From positions 1-61,780 of the forward strand of contig JBDHKN010000040.1 of assembly GCA_039586365.1 (NCBI GenBank): a DNA stretch of 61,780 bases, read 5' to 3'. The first letter of the stretch is position 1. The number at the start of each line of letters is the position of its first letter. Below, piece by piece: positions 1 to 9,036 of this stretch. The translations under genes and the position numbers were made by a program. This DNA comes from Gemmatimonadota bacterium. GTDB taxonomy: Bacteria; Gemmatimonadota; Gemmatimonadetes; Gemmatimonadales; GWC2-71-9. The notes below the pieces were generated by a model. That model was not told the DNA's origin. It worked only from the letters and a program-made list of their open reading frames with translations, and made no database searches.

Positions 1-396
1 CGCCGGCCGGGCGTTACGCTGAGGAAAGCGTTGGCCCGCGAGCTCGGTTGCAGCGAACCCGTGGCACACAAGCGCCTCTACGCGCACCCGCGGGTGAACG
101 ACGTCTGCGCCGCGGCGGTACGGGCATACCAACACACCGGCGACCTCGCTGGTCTATCCCGATTCATGGCTCCCATTGAGGCGAGCATGCAGGACTGTTT
201 CGACGAGGATCTGACTGAAGCCCTCTGGCTTGAGACTCAAACGGCGACGTCGGTTCTGAACACGGCCATCGTCGCTTACCTGTTGAATCGCACACCTGAG
301 ACGACTCAGACGCTGATCCGTGCGATTGACAAGAGTCGTGCCCTCGAGCTTCGGCTTCGCGCAGCCATCACCGCGGAGTACGGGCTGCTGCAGTGA
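1..396 (+). CDS. Phage hypothetical protein, possible HTH/CII-like regulator (frame open from base 1, probably 5'-truncated)
   Basis: Frame has no stop from position 1; ALARELGCSEPVAHKRL resembles an HTH. Confidence 0.5.
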   Translation, partial: RRPGVTLRKALARELGCSEPVAHKRLYAHPRVNDVCAAAVRAYQHTGDLAGLSRFMAPIEASMQDCFDEDLTEALWLETQTATSVLNTAIVAYLLNRTPETTQTLIRAIDKSRALELRLRAAITAEYGLLQ

Positions 397-457
397 CGGG
401 CTCAAACGTGGCGGGGTCGCGGCTTGCGAACGCGATCGAGCTGGAGTTCGAGACCTA

Positions 458-709
458 ATGCTCTGGCTCTACGTCGTCGTCGCTCTCATCGCGTTGGACG
501 TCGGCTTCGTATTGGGAGCCGTCTGGCACTCCTTGATGCAACCTCCACCCCAAAAGCGGAGTGACAGCTGGCCCGAACTCAGGAACTCGCTCCTGTCGGA
601 TCCCAAGATCAAATCTCGACATCGATCGAACTTCATCTCTCTCGAGGATTTCCCCGATCCCGATCGGGTGCTGCTCGAGGAGATCTACCGGCTCAGCCAC
701 GGACTCTGA
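458..709 (+). CDS. Phage small membrane protein
   Basis: ATG at 458 followed by hydrophobic segment MLWLYVVVALIALDVGFVLGAVW. Confidence 0.55.
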   Translation: MLWLYVVVALIALDVGFVLGAVWHSLMQPPPQKRSDSWPELRNSLLSDPKIKSRHRSNFISLEDFPDPDRVLLEEIYRLSHGL

Positions 710-720
710 GGAGAAGTAGG

Positions 721-900
721 ATGAGAAAGCTCTTAGCAGTAGCAACGTGTCTCGTTTTGTGCGCCTGCACAGACCTGGTGGGACCCCGTGAGCCTGAAGA
801 GAAGGACAACACCTCCAGCATGGTGCAGGACTCGACCGGCTCCATCACCATCACGATCATCTGCCCGGACTGTGACAGCACGGCAACAAAGGGGCAGTAG
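721..900 (+). CDS. Small phage lipoprotein (59 aa, absent from the ORF track)
   Basis: Own translation: MRKLLAVATCLVLCACTDLVGPREPEEKDNTSSMVQDSTGSITITIICPDCDSTATKGQ; GAGGAG upstream; lipobox-like LCAC; fills the gap between neighbours. Confidence 0.7.
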   Translation: MRKLLAVATCLVLCACTDLVGPREPEEKDNTSSMVQDSTGSITITIICPDCDSTATKGQ

Positions 901-1169
901 TGCTGGGGAGCGATCAAGTGAACCAACAGCAGCCTACGTTTGCCGCTGTGAGTCTCCAGCCCAGGCGAGATGGCTTCCCTGTCTGCGAAGACACAGGCAT
1001 CGAAGACGTAAGACAGGCGGCTCAAATCGCTCGGGCTTTCATCTCGGACTTCATCAACATGTCGGACGAGGCCGCAGCGCGATGTGCCCTCACCGATATG
1101 GGGAACATTCGTAATCGGTTGCTAGCAGCGATCGAGAAAATGGAGAACGGATTGAGGTTGGTGAAATGA
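900..1169 (+). CDS. Phage hypothetical protein
   Basis: ORF abuts upstream stop and has an ATGA overlap with the next gene. Confidence 0.55.
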   Translation: MLGSDQVNQQQPTFAAVSLQPRRDGFPVCEDTGIEDVRQAAQIARAFISDFINMSDEAAARCALTDMGNIRNRLLAAIEKMENGLRLVK

Positions 1170-2125
1170 ACGAGGAACAGAAGAACCTCCCCGCACAGAC
1201 CGCTCCGGAGAAGGAGCAGAAGCTGTCACGAACGCTCATAGACCTCGCCGGTTCCGACCTGAGCTTACGTGCTGAAGCATTCCGTCTACTCGACAGCTAC
1301 AAGCAGTCGCAGATGGTGCGTGCGGCGGCGGCTGAAATCGCCTCTCTCTCGTGGGGTCAGAAGATCAGTCCAGCGACACGTGCTCAGATCGCAGCCTATG
1401 CGCTCTCCCAGGGCACTGATCCGGTCCGTCATTGGGAGATCCTGGGCGGCAGGCTCTATGATCGCGCAGAGCTCTGGATGGATTTGGTTGCTGCGCAGCC
1501 CGACTACGAGGGGCACCGGCGGGAATTCATCCACGACGATGGCCGGTTGCCCCAGAGTCAACGCAAACGTCGCCAGCAACTACGTGCAGAGCATGGTGTG
1601 CCAGAAGAGGTGCCGGCTGCCGCGATCGTCACCATCTACCGGACCGGCAAGCTGCCGGCCGTCGGTGTCAACTGGGCCGGCACTTATCCCGTTCAAAAGA
1701 CTGCCCGGACTGGCAAGCCAGGCTTCCACGAGGACCCGATCGGTGACGAGAACCCCACCAAGACTGCTGAGACCCGCGCGTTCCGCAAGGCAGCAAAGAA
1801 GGCTTACCCGTTGCACTTCCGCACCAGACGAGCAGATCGCGAGAACGGGATTCCGCTCACTAACCTAGATCGGGTAGAGGAACAGATCGAACGCGAACGG
1901 CAGGAGGCGAAGGCGGCGGCCGAAGAAGACCGCCCTGAGTGGGTCGACTTGGGCTCTGGTCTGAAGATCAAAGCAGGTGGCGAGACCGGGCCTCCAGTGC
2001 GCGAACTGGACGATCCCTACGATGTCGGCCAAGAGACCCGCGAATTAGCAGACACGGAAGTTGAGACTGAGGCTCCAGCCGACAAAGCCGAGTTGCAGCA
2101 GATCGACTTCATGGAGGGCAAGTGA
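1166..2125 (+). CDS. RecT/Red-beta-like single-strand annealing protein
   Basis: Motif PTKTAETRAFRKAAKKAYP resembles the C-terminal core motif of RecT/Bet proteins; acidic tail; phage context; GAGG RBS. Confidence 0.6.
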   Translation: MNEEQKNLPAQTAPEKEQKLSRTLIDLAGSDLSLRAEAFRLLDSYKQSQMVRAAAAEIASLSWGQKISPATRAQIAAYALSQGTDPVRHWEILGGRLYDRAELWMDLVAAQPDYEGHRREFIHDDGRLPQSQRKRRQQLRAEHGVPEEVPAAAIVTIYRTGKLPAVGVNWAGTYPVQKTARTGKPGFHEDPIGDENPTKTAETRAFRKAAKKAYPLHFRTRRADRENGIPLTNLDRVEEQIERERQEAKAAAEEDRPEWVDLGSGLKIKAGGETGPPVRELDDPYDVGQETRELADTEVETEAPADKAELQQIDFMEGK

Positions 2126-2137
2126 CAGACGGCTCCC

Positions 2138-2629
2138 GTGCCCCAGCCGATCACCCACAGAAGGGTGCGGCACCCAGACGGGGAAAGGTTCGCACGCGCC
2201 CGGGGCGCGGGAGCTAGGGAAACCAACCAGGGGGCGAGCGACGAGGAGATGGACGTCGACGAGGTGTTCGGCGACGAATGTACGCACGACCGGGCTGAAG
2301 CCGCCAAGCTGCGAGCTGCCAACGGCGGGTGGCGGTGCGGCTTCTATTGCTGGGACTGTGGACAGTGGATCCTGAAATACGCCGACCAAGCTGGAGTGTG
2401 GTTACCGAACGAACTCTTCGACGTCGACGTGCTGCCCGTCGTCGAGTATGCACAGCAACGGATCTGCGAGCACTGCAAACAACTCGAGTTCTGTGAGGAA
2501 CACCACTACGCACCGAAGGAGTTTTTTGGCGACGATGCAGACAATTGGCCGACGGGTTGGCTGTGCGTCGAGTGTCACGAGCGCTGGCATGAACGGATCG
2601 GTCAACCGATCCGCAAGCCTGCTGCTTAG
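2138..2629 (+). CDS. Zn-binding HNH-like protein (start may be ATG near 2249)
   Basis: CWDC, CEHC...EEHH...NW...LCVECH pattern of HNH zinc-finger nucleases. Confidence 0.55.
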   Translation: MPQPITHRRVRHPDGERFARARGAGARETNQGASDEEMDVDEVFGDECTHDRAEAAKLRAANGGWRCGFYCWDCGQWILKYADQAGVWLPNELFDVDVLPVVEYAQQRICEHCKQLEFCEEHHYAPKEFFGDDADNWPTGWLCVECHERWHERIGQPIRKPAA

Positions 2630-2688
2630 ATGCCGATCTGTGATGTCTGTTGGACGATGATCCGGCAGACCGAAGATCCCAACGACAC

Positions 2689-3498
2689 ATGAGAGCGCGA
2701 TGGGTCAAACCGGAGTTTTTTCGTGACCGCAAGATAGCTGCAATGGGACCGATTGTCGCGCTTGTTTACGAAGCCCTCTGGGTGATCTCGGACGATTATG
2801 GGACAGCACCCTGCGATCCGGATCGACTCAACGGTGAACTCTTTTACGCATGGAGTGAGGTAGGAGTGCCGGAAATTACCGGAGCCCTCCGGAAATTGGA
2901 TGGAGCAGGCCGGATAACTCGTTTCCGGGTGGGAGACGATACCTATTGCCGGATCAAGAGCTGGGCGAAACACCAGAACGTTCACAAGGCTTCACAATTC
3001 CGCTATCCGACTGAAGGAGAACCACTTATAGAGGATAGTGCGGAAATCCCCGGCACCAGTTCGGAAAGTTCCGGCACTCCCCACCACCTAGACTCCAAGA
3101 CTCCTAGACTCCTAGACACCAAGACACCTAAAAGAAACACACAGCTCCGCACTAGCTCCGGATCTACTCCGGACGAAGTCCGCCAGAGTGGTAATTCGGC
3201 TACCGGCACTGGCTCCAATTCCGAAATCGCGGACGTCCTTGATCACTACCAGCAAACGCATCCACGTCGCAAGGTCGGTGACGAGAAGCAGCGCAAGCTC
3301 GTGGGGAAGGCGCTGAAGCTCGGCTTCACCGTCGAGGACCTAAAGCATGCGATCACCGGCAATGCCGACGACCCCTGGCACCAAGAGAGGCGCAAGCACG
3401 AGCTCGGTTACGTGCTACGTGACGCCGACCACATCAATGGGTTCTTGGAGAAGTACGAACAGCAGCAGGCACCAATCGAAGGGGACTTCTTCCCATGA
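2689..3498 (+). CDS. Phage replication initiator / replisome organiser
   Basis: N-terminus MRARWVKPEFF...LWVISDDYG typical of phage initiators; low-complexity central linker with DNA repeats; precedes helicase. Confidence 0.7.
   Translation: MRARWVKPEFFRDRKIAAMGPIVALVYEALWVISDDYGTAPCDPDRLNGELFYAWSEVGVPEITGALRKLDGAGRITRFRVGDDTYCRIKSWAKHQNVHKASQFRYPTEGEPLIEDSAEIPGTSSESSGTPHHLDSKTPRLLDTKTPKRNTQLRTSSGSTPDEVRQSGNSATGTGSNSEIADVLDHYQQTHPRRKVGDEKQRKLVGKALKLGFTVEDLKHAITGNADDPWHQERRKHELGYVLRDADHINGFLEKYEQQQAPIEGDFFP
3087..3134 (+). repeat. Six tandem 8-bp units CC(T/A)AGAC(T/A), last one degenerate, inside the initiator gene
   Basis: cctagact ccaagact cctagact cctagaca ccaagaca cctaaaag read directly. 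Confidence 0.85.
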
Positions 3499-5204
3499 AG
3501 ATGCTCGACGTTGCTCTCGCATACGCCAAGGAACTCGGTTGGGCTGTCTTTCCCCTTCACACTCCGACGAAGACAGGATGCTCGTGCGGAAAGCCGTGTG
3601 GCAATGTGGGCAAGCACCCGAGGACACCGAATGGAGTGAAGGATGCGACCAAGACACCCGACCTCATAAGGTCATGGTGGACGAAATGGCCTCAAGCCAA
3701 CATCGGGATAGCCACCGGCCGAGCAAGCGGTGTGGTCGTGATCGATGTGGATGGTCCTGAAGGCGAGGCTGCGTTAACGAAGATCGGTGGCAATCCACCA
3801 ACACCGACGAGCCTGACCGGGAAGGGGCGGCACGCTTTCTTCGCGGCCCCAGAACATCCCGTGAAGAACGCAGTCGCGCTTGCCGAGAAGCTGGATGTTC
3901 GGGGGGATGGAGGGTATGTGGTAGCTCCACCCAGCCTACACGCCTCTGGTCGGCGCTATCGGTGGGATCGCGAGAACAGCCTTGGTCCTCGAGACCTAGA
4001 ACCAGCGCCGCTTCCAGCGGCACTCGCTGAGAGGATTGCCAAAGCGCGGGCCAGTTCAGGTGCACGTGACATTCCCACGTCTGGACCGATTCCAGAAGGC
4101 AAGCGAAACCAGACCTTGGTCTCATACACTGGAAGGCTCCTCCGAAAAGGGCACTCGCTTGAGGAAACACACGCGCTCGTCTCGGCATTGAATCGAGCGA
4201 ACTGCCAGCCTCCGTTGTCAGAAGACGAAGTGACGAGAATCGTGCAGAGCATCGCATCACGCGAGAACGCAATTGAGATGCCTGCAGAGGACGAGGCCGA
4301 ACAGCAAACAAAAGAGGCCATTGAGTATGGCCGCCAGGACTTCAGCAACTCGCCCAAGTGGACTTGGGGTTCGCTTCATCGGATCGTTGGTCCTGTCCTA
4401 CCTGGGGAACTGTGGATCGTGGGGGCACGCCCGAGCCAGGGCAAGACAACCTTCCTACTCAACTGGATGGAGCACCTGGCAGTCATGCAGGGAGTCCCTT
4501 GGCTCTTTATCGGGATGGAGATGGACCCGAAGCAGCTGCGCCGCAAATGGGCCGCTTTTCGGTGCGGGTTCAACGAAGAGGCTGTGCTGACCAACCACTG
4601 GACCGCATTACCTGATGGCGCACAGGAACTAATCGAGAACGATCTCCAAAGCCAGGCCACTGAGCCGCTCAAGTCGCTAACGCACTTCGCGCCGGCGAGA
4701 CGGATCGACGTCATCGGCTTGCGGCGTTGGGTGGAGTTCGCAGTGCAACGCAAATGTGATCTAGTCGTGGTTGATCACCTGCACCGCATGTCGTTCGGTC
4801 ACGACGACCTGCGGAAACAGATGACAGAGACGGTCCGGGTAGCAAAAGAGTTAGCGGTCCTCCACCAGATCGGACTTGTAATGGCAGCGCAGTTGAACCG
4901 TGGCGCTCGAGACATTCTGAGCGAGTACCACCCGCAGCCGCTCAGCGCCCTCAAAGATTGTGGTGCTATTGAAGAAGAAGCAGACGCAGTCCTGATGCTG
5001 AGCCGCTGTCTCAAACCAGGTGTCAAGAATTCAGAGATGAATGCCATTCGGCAAGGCGTGATGGAGATTGACGGGTTTGTCGAAGAGGGGGCGATGAAGG
5101 TGATGTGCGCAAAACATCGGCGTAACAGCGCAGCTCAAAAGAAGCACACCACACTTCAACTCGATAACGGACTACTTCGAGAGAGGATGGTTTTGGTGTC
5201 ATGA
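3495..5204 (+). CDS. Bifunctional primase-polymerase (Prim-Pol + PriCT) fused to a DnaB-like SF4 helicase
   Basis: NIGIATG, IDVD, GRH, DVRGDGGYVVAPPS (Prim-Pol); EGKRNQTL (PriCT); GARPSQGKT, VVDHL, AQLNR, GAIEEEAD (DnaB_C). Confidence 0.88.
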   Translation: MKMLDVALAYAKELGWAVFPLHTPTKTGCSCGKPCGNVGKHPRTPNGVKDATKTPDLIRSWWTKWPQANIGIATGRASGVVVIDVDGPEGEAALTKIGGNPPTPTSLTGKGRHAFFAAPEHPVKNAVALAEKLDVRGDGGYVVAPPSLHASGRRYRWDRENSLGPRDLEPAPLPAALAERIAKARASSGARDIPTSGPIPEGKRNQTLVSYTGRLLRKGHSLEETHALVSALNRANCQPPLSEDEVTRIVQSIASRENAIEMPAEDEAEQQTKEAIEYGRQDFSNSPKWTWGSLHRIVGPVLPGELWIVGARPSQGKTTFLLNWMEHLAVMQGVPWLFIGMEMDPKQLRRKWAAFRCGFNEEAVLTNHWTALPDGAQELIENDLQSQATEPLKSLTHFAPARRIDVIGLRRWVEFAVQRKCDLVVVDHLHRMSFGHDDLRKQMTETVRVAKELAVLHQIGLVMAAQLNRGARDILSEYHPQPLSALKDCGAIEEEADAVLMLSRCLKPGVKNSEMNAIRQGVMEIDGFVEEGAMKVMCAKHRRNSAAQKKHTTLQLDNGLLRERMVLVS

Positions 5205-5401
5205 AAGTTGAACTAACGGACAACGATATCCGCGAGATCAAGACAGCGGTGAGGGACCGGGCGGAGCGACTAAAGAAGGAAGCCGACAAGCTGGTGAGTC
5301 TTGATCGTCACGCCGAGTCGGAAAATCTAGCGGCGACGGCGCGGGATCTAAACGAACGATTATGCACACATCTAGCCTCAGCTCTTGGGGAGACTGAGTA
5401 G
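5201..5401 (+). CDS. Phage hypothetical protein
   Basis: ATGA overlap with upstream gene; helical 66 aa. Confidence 0.65.
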   Translation: MKVELTDNDIREIKTAVRDRAERLKKEADKLVSLDRHAESENLAATARDLNERLCTHLASALGETE

Positions 5402-5419
5402 TCAGTTGGAGGTGTTGGG

Positions 5420-5665
5420 ATGACAGCGAAATGTTGTGCGATAGAAGGCTGCAAGGGGCCGAAGGTCGGCTCGATCGACAACCAAGGCTTCTGTCGAGAT
5501 CATATCGACGAGGTCGTGGAGATCGCGATGGCGCGCTATGGGGCCGTGCGGTCGGGGATGCAGAACGTGTTCAGGGATGTCGTTCGGCATCGAGGCGCGC
5601 CAGCGCCGACTTATCGAGCAGTTCGTGGGCGCTGCATGGCGAAATCTCCTGTCATCAGGGGATGA
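5420..5665 (+). CDS. Phage hypothetical Cys-rich protein
   Basis: GGAGGT RBS; CAIEGC...FCRDH zinc-finger-like. Confidence 0.55.
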   Translation: MTAKCCAIEGCKGPKVGSIDNQGFCRDHIDEVVEIAMARYGAVRSGMQNVFRDVVRHRGAPAPTYRAVRGRCMAKSPVIRG

Positions 5666-5698
5666 ACCCGTCGACGTGGAATACGAAGTGGACGAACG

Positions 5699-5905
5699 AT
5701 GAAAAAGCGCTGGGGACCCCATATCGGCAATGTGAGCGAGCACGAATGGACGGCGCCGCAGCTGGTAAATAGGCTGACGGATCAGGCAATCATGCGGCAG
5801 GTAGAGGGCCACTGTCCTACCTGTCAATCGCCTCACCATGGCCAGCTTAAACTTGCCGGCGTCTGGCGCTGGACATGCTGCGGGCAACCGGTGGAGAAGA
5901 GCTAG
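5699..5905 (+). CDS. Phage small zinc-ribbon-like protein
   Basis: CPTC...CCG; stop overlaps GTG of next gene. Confidence 0.5.
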   Translation: MKKRWGPHIGNVSEHEWTAPQLVNRLTDQAIMRQVEGHCPTCQSPHHGQLKLAGVWRWTCCGQPVEKS

Positions 5906-6666
5906 TGGCATCCCAGTCCGCGATTGAATGGACCTCCGCCACGTGGAACCCCTTCATCGGGTGTGACAAGGTGTCTGCCGGCTGTAAGCATTGCTATGCC
6001 GGCGAGCGCTGGGCTCCTCGAGTCGGCCGCAAGTTCTATGGCAACGTCCAGCGTGCGAACGACGGAACATTCCGCGCTCCAGTCAGATGGAAGGAGCCCC
6101 GGCTCGTATTCACCTGCTCGCTCTCTGACTTCTTCCATCCGGCTGCGGACGAATGGCGTACCGACGCCTGGGCGGTGATCCGAGAGACACCGCAGCACAC
6201 GTACCAGATTCTGACCAAGCGTCCGGAGCGGATGATGGAGCATCTGCCGTGGCTACCGCACGAGACGCCGTGGGCGAATGTCTGGCTGGGTGTGAGTGTA
6301 GAGAGCCAGCGCTACGTCGACCGGATTCTCCATCTCCTATGTCTCGAGGCCGTCGTGCACTTCGTCTCGGCCGAGCCGCTTCTAGCTCCTCTTGATCTTT
6401 CGCCGTTCCTGAGTCGCACCCATCACGCCTTTCCCTCGGCATGGGTACCAGCACCGCACACTCGCGTTGAGTGGGTGATCGTTGGAGGCGAGAGCGGACC
6501 GAAGGCGCGGCATATGGAACTCAAATGGGCTCGTGACGTCGTCGAGCAATGCAGACGCGCTCGAGTCCCGGTGTTCGTGAAGCAGCTCTCAGAAACACGA
6601 GGCCAGAAGTACAAAGACTTTGAGGGCTTCCCGGTGGACCTGCAGGTTCGGGAGTATCCAAAGTGA
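5905..6666 (+). CDS. Phage Gp37/Gp68 (DUF5131) family protein
   Basis: IEWT..TWNP..GCDKVSAGCKHCYA, SDFFH, ILTKRPER, NVWLGVSVE, SAEPLL, WVIVGGESG, FVKQ. Confidence 0.93.
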   Translation: MASQSAIEWTSATWNPFIGCDKVSAGCKHCYAGERWAPRVGRKFYGNVQRANDGTFRAPVRWKEPRLVFTCSLSDFFHPAADEWRTDAWAVIRETPQHTYQILTKRPERMMEHLPWLPHETPWANVWLGVSVESQRYVDRILHLLCLEAVVHFVSAEPLLAPLDLSPFLSRTHHAFPSAWVPAPHTRVEWVIVGGESGPKARHMELKWARDVVEQCRRARVPVFVKQLSETRGQKYKDFEGFPVDLQVREYPK

Positions 6667-7034
6667 TCCGCTTGCCAGTACCTCCCAGCTCGAACCTCTA
6701 CTGGCGCGATCGCGTGACGTTGAGTCGCAGAAACGGCAGGCATGTCGTCCAGCGGTATAAGACCAAGGAGGCGCGAGACTACCAGGCTGCGGTGAAGGAC
6801 GCGGCCCGGGCTGCCGGGTTCAGACCGATCAAGAAGCCTCGATCGATCATCGTTCGGCTTGCCTGGTATAGAGAGGCCCGCAGGGGAGATCTCGACAATC
6901 GACTGAAGGTCGTCCTGGACGCCCTCCAAGGTGCGATGTACGACAACGACTCCCAGATCGCGGCCATCTATGCGCATCGTCGGGAGGATCCGAGGGATCC
7001 TCGAATCGAGGTATCGGTGGAGCCGGCGGCATGA
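6663..7034 (+). CDS. rusA: RusA-family Holliday junction resolvase
   Basis: PPSSN N-terminus; DLDNRLKVVLDALQG..YDNDSQI catalytic motif. Confidence 0.9.
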   Translation: MIRLPVPPSSNLYWRDRVTLSRRNGRHVVQRYKTKEARDYQAAVKDAARAAGFRPIKKPRSIIVRLAWYREARRGDLDNRLKVVLDALQGAMYDNDSQIAAIYAHRREDPRDPRIEVSVEPAA

Positions 7035-7357
7035 CAGATCCGTTTACGGAGCTCACTGAACGTTGGAACGAGGAGGCCGAGATCCTGAGGCGGTGCGCCT
7101 GCAGCGCACAGGCAGAGCTCACCGACCGTCACATCCAGGAGCTCGAAGAACTGAAGATGCAGTGGCAGCTCGAGCTCCTCACACTGCGTGACGCTGCGCG
7201 CGAGTCTGGCTTCAGTTACTCGACACTCCAACATATGCTAGCCGAGGGCCGGTTGGAGAATGCGGGCAGCAAGAACAAGCCCCGGGTCCGCCGTCGTGAC
7301 CTACCCCGAAAGGGGGCGCGTCGGCGGTTTGAGGTGCATCGTGGCATTGGAACGTAG
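7031..7357 (+). CDS. Excisionase-like HTH protein
   Basis: LLTLRDAARESGFSYSTLQHMLAEGRL...PRVRRRDL; directly upstream of integrase. Confidence 0.7.
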   Translation: MTDPFTELTERWNEEAEILRRCACSAQAELTDRHIQELEELKMQWQLELLTLRDAARESGFSYSTLQHMLAEGRLENAGSKNKPRVRRRDLPRKGARRRFEVHRGIGT

Positions 7358-7393
7358 ATTAGTGGTAATCGTCGATCGACGGGGCAGAACACG

Positions 7394-8611
7394 ATGACCG
7401 AACGGAAGAGCGAGCGCTGGAGCTACAGTGTGGGCCCCTACAGGGCGCGCGTGCGCGTGTTTGAGGCCGCAAACGGCATCATCTACGTCGAGGTGAGTGG
7501 ACAGCATCGAAAGAGCCTACGCCATCGCGATAAGGACAAAGCGGTGGCCTGGGCGAAGCGAGTGAGTGCGAGGCTTCTGCTCGGTGAGGACGAGGTGACC
7601 GATCCCGTACCCACCGTGGCCCGCGTCTTCGCCGCCTATCTGAGGTACGCTACTCCGAACAAAGGCAAGAAGCGCCAGAAGCACGATCACCGCTGTGCGA
7701 AGATGTGGACGCGAGTGCTCGGGGCGAGAAAGGACCTGCGCAAACTCTCCCGCCGCGAGTGGGAGGCCTTCATACGGGATCGGAAGAAGGGCGCGATCGA
7801 CTCCGCCGGCATGCGTGTGCCCGAAGTGAAGCGAGTGCCCGTCCGCGATCGCACTATTGCAGTGGACGCCGACTGGCTCAAGGCCGTGCTCAGCTGGGCC
7901 CACGCGTGGATGGATGAACAGGGCCGGTATCTGATGCGTGAGAACCCTGCTCGAGGCTTGGTGACTCCCCAAGAGAAGAATCCGCGCCGGCCGGTGGCGA
8001 CGGAGAGCCGCTACCGCGCGGTCCGCAAGGTGAGCGATCGCATCACGATGCAGGTCAAATGGGGCAAGAAACGTCAGGCCATACGGTCCTATCTTTCGGA
8101 GGTTCTCGACCTGGCAAACGCAACTGGTCGCCGGGTCAGCGCTATTCTGCAGCTTAGGTACGAGGATCTGAGGCTCGAGCAGGAACCGCACGGGGCGATC
8201 CGTTGGCCGGCTCAGACAGACAAGGAAGGGCGCGAATGGGTTGTGCCGATTTCACGGGCAGCCCGGAAGGCGATCGACCGGGTGATCAGCGAACGCGCCC
8301 GAGTGGGCTTGGTGACTCCGTATCTCTTTGCCTCGCCCAAGAATCCGGCAAACCCGGTATCCAAGGACCTGGCGTCAACCTGGCTCAGGAAAGCCGAAGA
8401 GATCGCGGAATTGCCCAAGCATGAGGGCTCACTTTGGCACGCCTACCGACGGAAGTGGGCCACGGAGCGAAAGCACCTGCCGGACGCCGACGTCGCCGCC
8501 GCTGGTGGTTGGAAGGACCTCGAATCTCTGAAAACAGCCTACCAGCAGGCGGACGAAGCGACCATGCTCGAGGTGGTGACTCGATCGAGAAGGATCAGGG
8601 ACGCGAAATGA
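7394..8611 (+). CDS. Tyrosine recombinase / phage integrase
   Basis: TGRRVSAI (R), QTDK (K), HAYRR (HxxR), GGW, AYQQ (Y). Confidence 0.92.
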   Translation: MTERKSERWSYSVGPYRARVRVFEAANGIIYVEVSGQHRKSLRHRDKDKAVAWAKRVSARLLLGEDEVTDPVPTVARVFAAYLRYATPNKGKKRQKHDHRCAKMWTRVLGARKDLRKLSRREWEAFIRDRKKGAIDSAGMRVPEVKRVPVRDRTIAVDADWLKAVLSWAHAWMDEQGRYLMRENPARGLVTPQEKNPRRPVATESRYRAVRKVSDRITMQVKWGKKRQAIRSYLSEVLDLANATGRRVSAILQLRYEDLRLEQEPHGAIRWPAQTDKEGREWVVPISRAARKAIDRVISERARVGLVTPYLFASPKNPANPVSKDLASTWLRKAEEIAELPKHEGSLWHAYRRKWATERKHLPDADVAAAGGWKDLESLKTAYQQADEATMLEVVTRSRRIRDAK

Positions 8612-9033
8612 TGAGCGAGCTACTGGCTGGCTTTGTCGGGGCAGTCCTCGCGTTGTTGGGGCAAGGTGTGTGGGATCGGTTCAGGAAGGCCTCGATCGCC
8701 CGCGGCCTTGCAATCGCATACTGGGAAGAGTTGAGCGCAGTCAGGATCAAGACTGTAGACGTGCCGCAGATTGGCGGTTTCTCGAGCCAGACCTACGATA
8801 CCCTTTTCCGCGAGCTAGCGGAGGTCATGCCCGATTCGTTGATGCGTGACCTGATGCGCTACCACTGGAGGATGAAGTTGCTCGATGCTTCTCAGGAAGG
8901 GCGTGGGGGCGTAAGCTGGGTTACGGGTTTGCAGGAGGCCGAGGAGCTCAGGGATGACCTATTGGCACGTCTTAACAGATACGCCGACCGTGAGATTTCG
9001 GATCTTGCCGTAAACCGAAGGGAGAAGGTTTGA
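8608..9033 (+). CDS. Prophage cargo protein with an N-terminal transmembrane helix
   Basis: ATGA overlap with integrase stop; LLAGFVGAVLALLG hydrophobic stretch. Confidence 0.7.
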   Translation: MMSELLAGFVGAVLALLGQGVWDRFRKASIARGLAIAYWEELSAVRIKTVDVPQIGGFSSQTYDTLFRELAEVMPDSLMRDLMRYHWRMKLLDASQEGRGGVSWVTGLQEAEELRDDLLARLNRYADREISDLAVNRREKV

Positions 9034-9036
9034 TTC

